A stretch of DNA of 63,560 bases, counting the filler, from Octopus bimaculoides (taxonomy: Eukaryota): assembly GCF_001194135.2 (NCBI RefSeq). It is 6 parts of 6 records of this genome, joined end to end, with 100 filler letters (N's around TTAATTAATTAA, not from the genome) between each part and the next. Parts side by side here need not be neighbours in the genome. Positions count along the whole stretch, not along the records: positions 61,495 to 63,560 come from NC_068996.1; 5 more parts are not named here. One strand, written 5' to 3'. Made by a program: the position numbers and the translations under genes. The notes beneath the pieces are model-generated. The model did no database searches. It saw nothing but the letters and a program-made list of their open reading frames with translations, and was not told the origin of the DNA. Positions 62,040 through 63,560 of the stretch are shown one piece after another (position 1 is the first letter of the stretch; each line of letters begins with the position of its first letter).

Positions 62040-62780
62040 TTTCAAAAGAAACTCAGTCTGAACCAATCAGCAATCAGCAGACAGATGCGGGATAAGAGTA
62101 AGTCAGTAAAAATCACACAAACTCGTTATTAGGAAGACAAAAATGACAAAAATTCATTCTAGAGAAAACCTGAAGTGATAATATAAACAGGATTCAATAT
62201 GGCTAGAAATAAAGTCAAAGAAGTTTTACCTCTGCAGTGTACACATTTTTAGACTATCAATAACGAAATTCTTGAGATTATAGTACCAAAAAAAATGCTT
62301 TAATATTGGAGATCAGGCTACTGGTACAATGTCTTCCTTTCGGCTGTAACTTATTCATCTTTAACAGCAAATTGTCATTTGGAGTATAATAAACCAGCTG
62401 GTACTGACAGAATCCATTATGTTACCAAACATCATTGCTATTCATGTTACAAAGAACTGTTTGAATCCCTTCCTCCCGGATCACCTTGATAGTAACTTTA
62501 GTATTTCTGTAGCAACAACCAAAAAGTAAAAATGGGGTTTGCGTAAGTGCTGAACAAAATTGTGATGTCAGATGAGCGTCGGCGTTGGAAGAATTTGAAA
62601 ATGGCCTGGCAGGATTACAAGAAAGCGTTTAATTTTGTTCCACATTCGTTTTCTTTTTCTATTTTGAGAGGTAGTACGATTAGCTAAATTTCTAGATATC
62701 ATAAAAAATAATGAACAATAGAAAACTTGAGCTCATCGTGACCACCATCCAGAAGTTGAACACATTGAATGATTCTCTTT
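62040..62780 (+). mobile_element. Highly degenerate R4/Dong-like RT fragment
   Basis: RRWKNLKMAWQDYKKAFNFVPHS (the NL.MAWIDYKKAFDSVPH motif) near 62575-62650, with weaker upstream matches. Confidence 0.6.
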
Positions 62781-63032
62781 ATCGTTAAAAACACTTTCAC
62801 ATCGTGGTATTGTAATAAATTCTTTACTGCTTTTATTGAAGAAAGACATTCAAGAGCTAGATGATAATGTTAAGTAGGGCTGCGCAGTGCGTCTAAAAAT
62901 GACAGGGCGGACTTCAGCTACGTATAAAATAGTCCAACTGTATGACAGGACAATTGAAAAAATAACAGCAACAATGAGACTACAGTGGTGGTAGTGATGG
63001 GAAAAGTAATCGCCTGGCAGTTCTACCGAGGG

Positions 63033-63110
63033 GCGCTGCCTGTTCGGGGTGCGCTGCCTGATCGGAGTACGCTGCCTGTTCAGGGTGCGCTACCTGTTCG
63101 GGGTGCGCTC
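63033..63110 (+). repeat. GC-rich 18-bp minisatellite, about 4.3 copies
   Basis: Units GCGCTGCCTGTTCGGGGT, GCGCTGCCTGATCGGAGT, ACGCTGCCTGTTCAGGGT and GCGCTACCTGTTCGGGGT, then GCGCTC. Confidence 0.95.
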
Positions 63111-63560
63111 AGAGCGACTCATAGCAGAGACTGAAGGATTTTTAATTGCTGCACAATACCAAAGCCTCCCCACCAGAAATTACCAAAAACATATAATGAA
63201 AAGAAACATAACAAGTAACTGTAGAATATGTGGAAATGGACAAGAAACAATAAGTCATGTTATCTCTGGCTGCCCAGTCCTGGCTAAGAAGGAATATATT
63301 CACAGACACGACAGAACTGGGACCTATATACACTGGAAGCTATGCCAACTATGGAATAACAACAACAAAAAAGATGGTATAAACACACGCCAGAAAAGGT
63401 CACAGAAAACGAGAAAGCAACCATACTCTGGGATATGCCAATACACACAGATAGAGAGATTAAGGCCAATAGACCAGATATAGTTGTCAAAGAACATGAA
63501 GGAAAAAAATGCTTTCTAATTCATGTATCAATACCAGCAGATGACAACGTTTCCCTAAAA
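63108..63560 (+). mobile_element. R4/Dong-like 3' fragment with CCHC knuckle and RLE endonuclease, running off the window
   Basis: AETEGFLIAAQYQSLPTRNY...CRICGNGQETISHVISGCPVLAKKEYIHRHD...IHWKLC, then ILWDMPIHTDREIKANRPDIVVKEH...CFLIHVSIPADDNV. Confidence 0.93.

Overview
AT-rich eukaryotic genomic DNA, very dense in microsatellites and transposons. The SINE families and repeat style point to an octopus genome (inference, not a database result). It contains many N gaps, five of which are 100-bp spacers (44 N + TTAATTAATTAA + 44 N) marking scaffold joins, so the window is probably six separately assembled blocks. The only confident host coding sequence is one internal exon of INTS13/Asunder (2573-2751, +), and there are weaker exon candidates for an antisense gene. 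The rest is mobile DNA: at least five SINE-like families, two TIR-bounded Tc1/mariner elements (DD34D and a rosa/DD41D-like one), a mariner 5' stub, RTE, Tx1-like and CR1-like LINE fragments, several R4/Dong-like restriction-endonuclease retrotransposon pieces beside (TAA)n arrays, and a Penelope-like GIY-YIG relic whose 3' tail carries a minimal hammerhead-ribozyme-like motif. Three long inverted repeats stand out, one with 146/147 identity between arms. Nearly all ORFs in the supplied track are microsatellite or gap artefacts. I see no convincing novel multi-gene system. The best leads are the hammerhead-like motifs, the near-perfect hairpin, the (TAA)n-targeted retroelement niche and the possible antisense gene.
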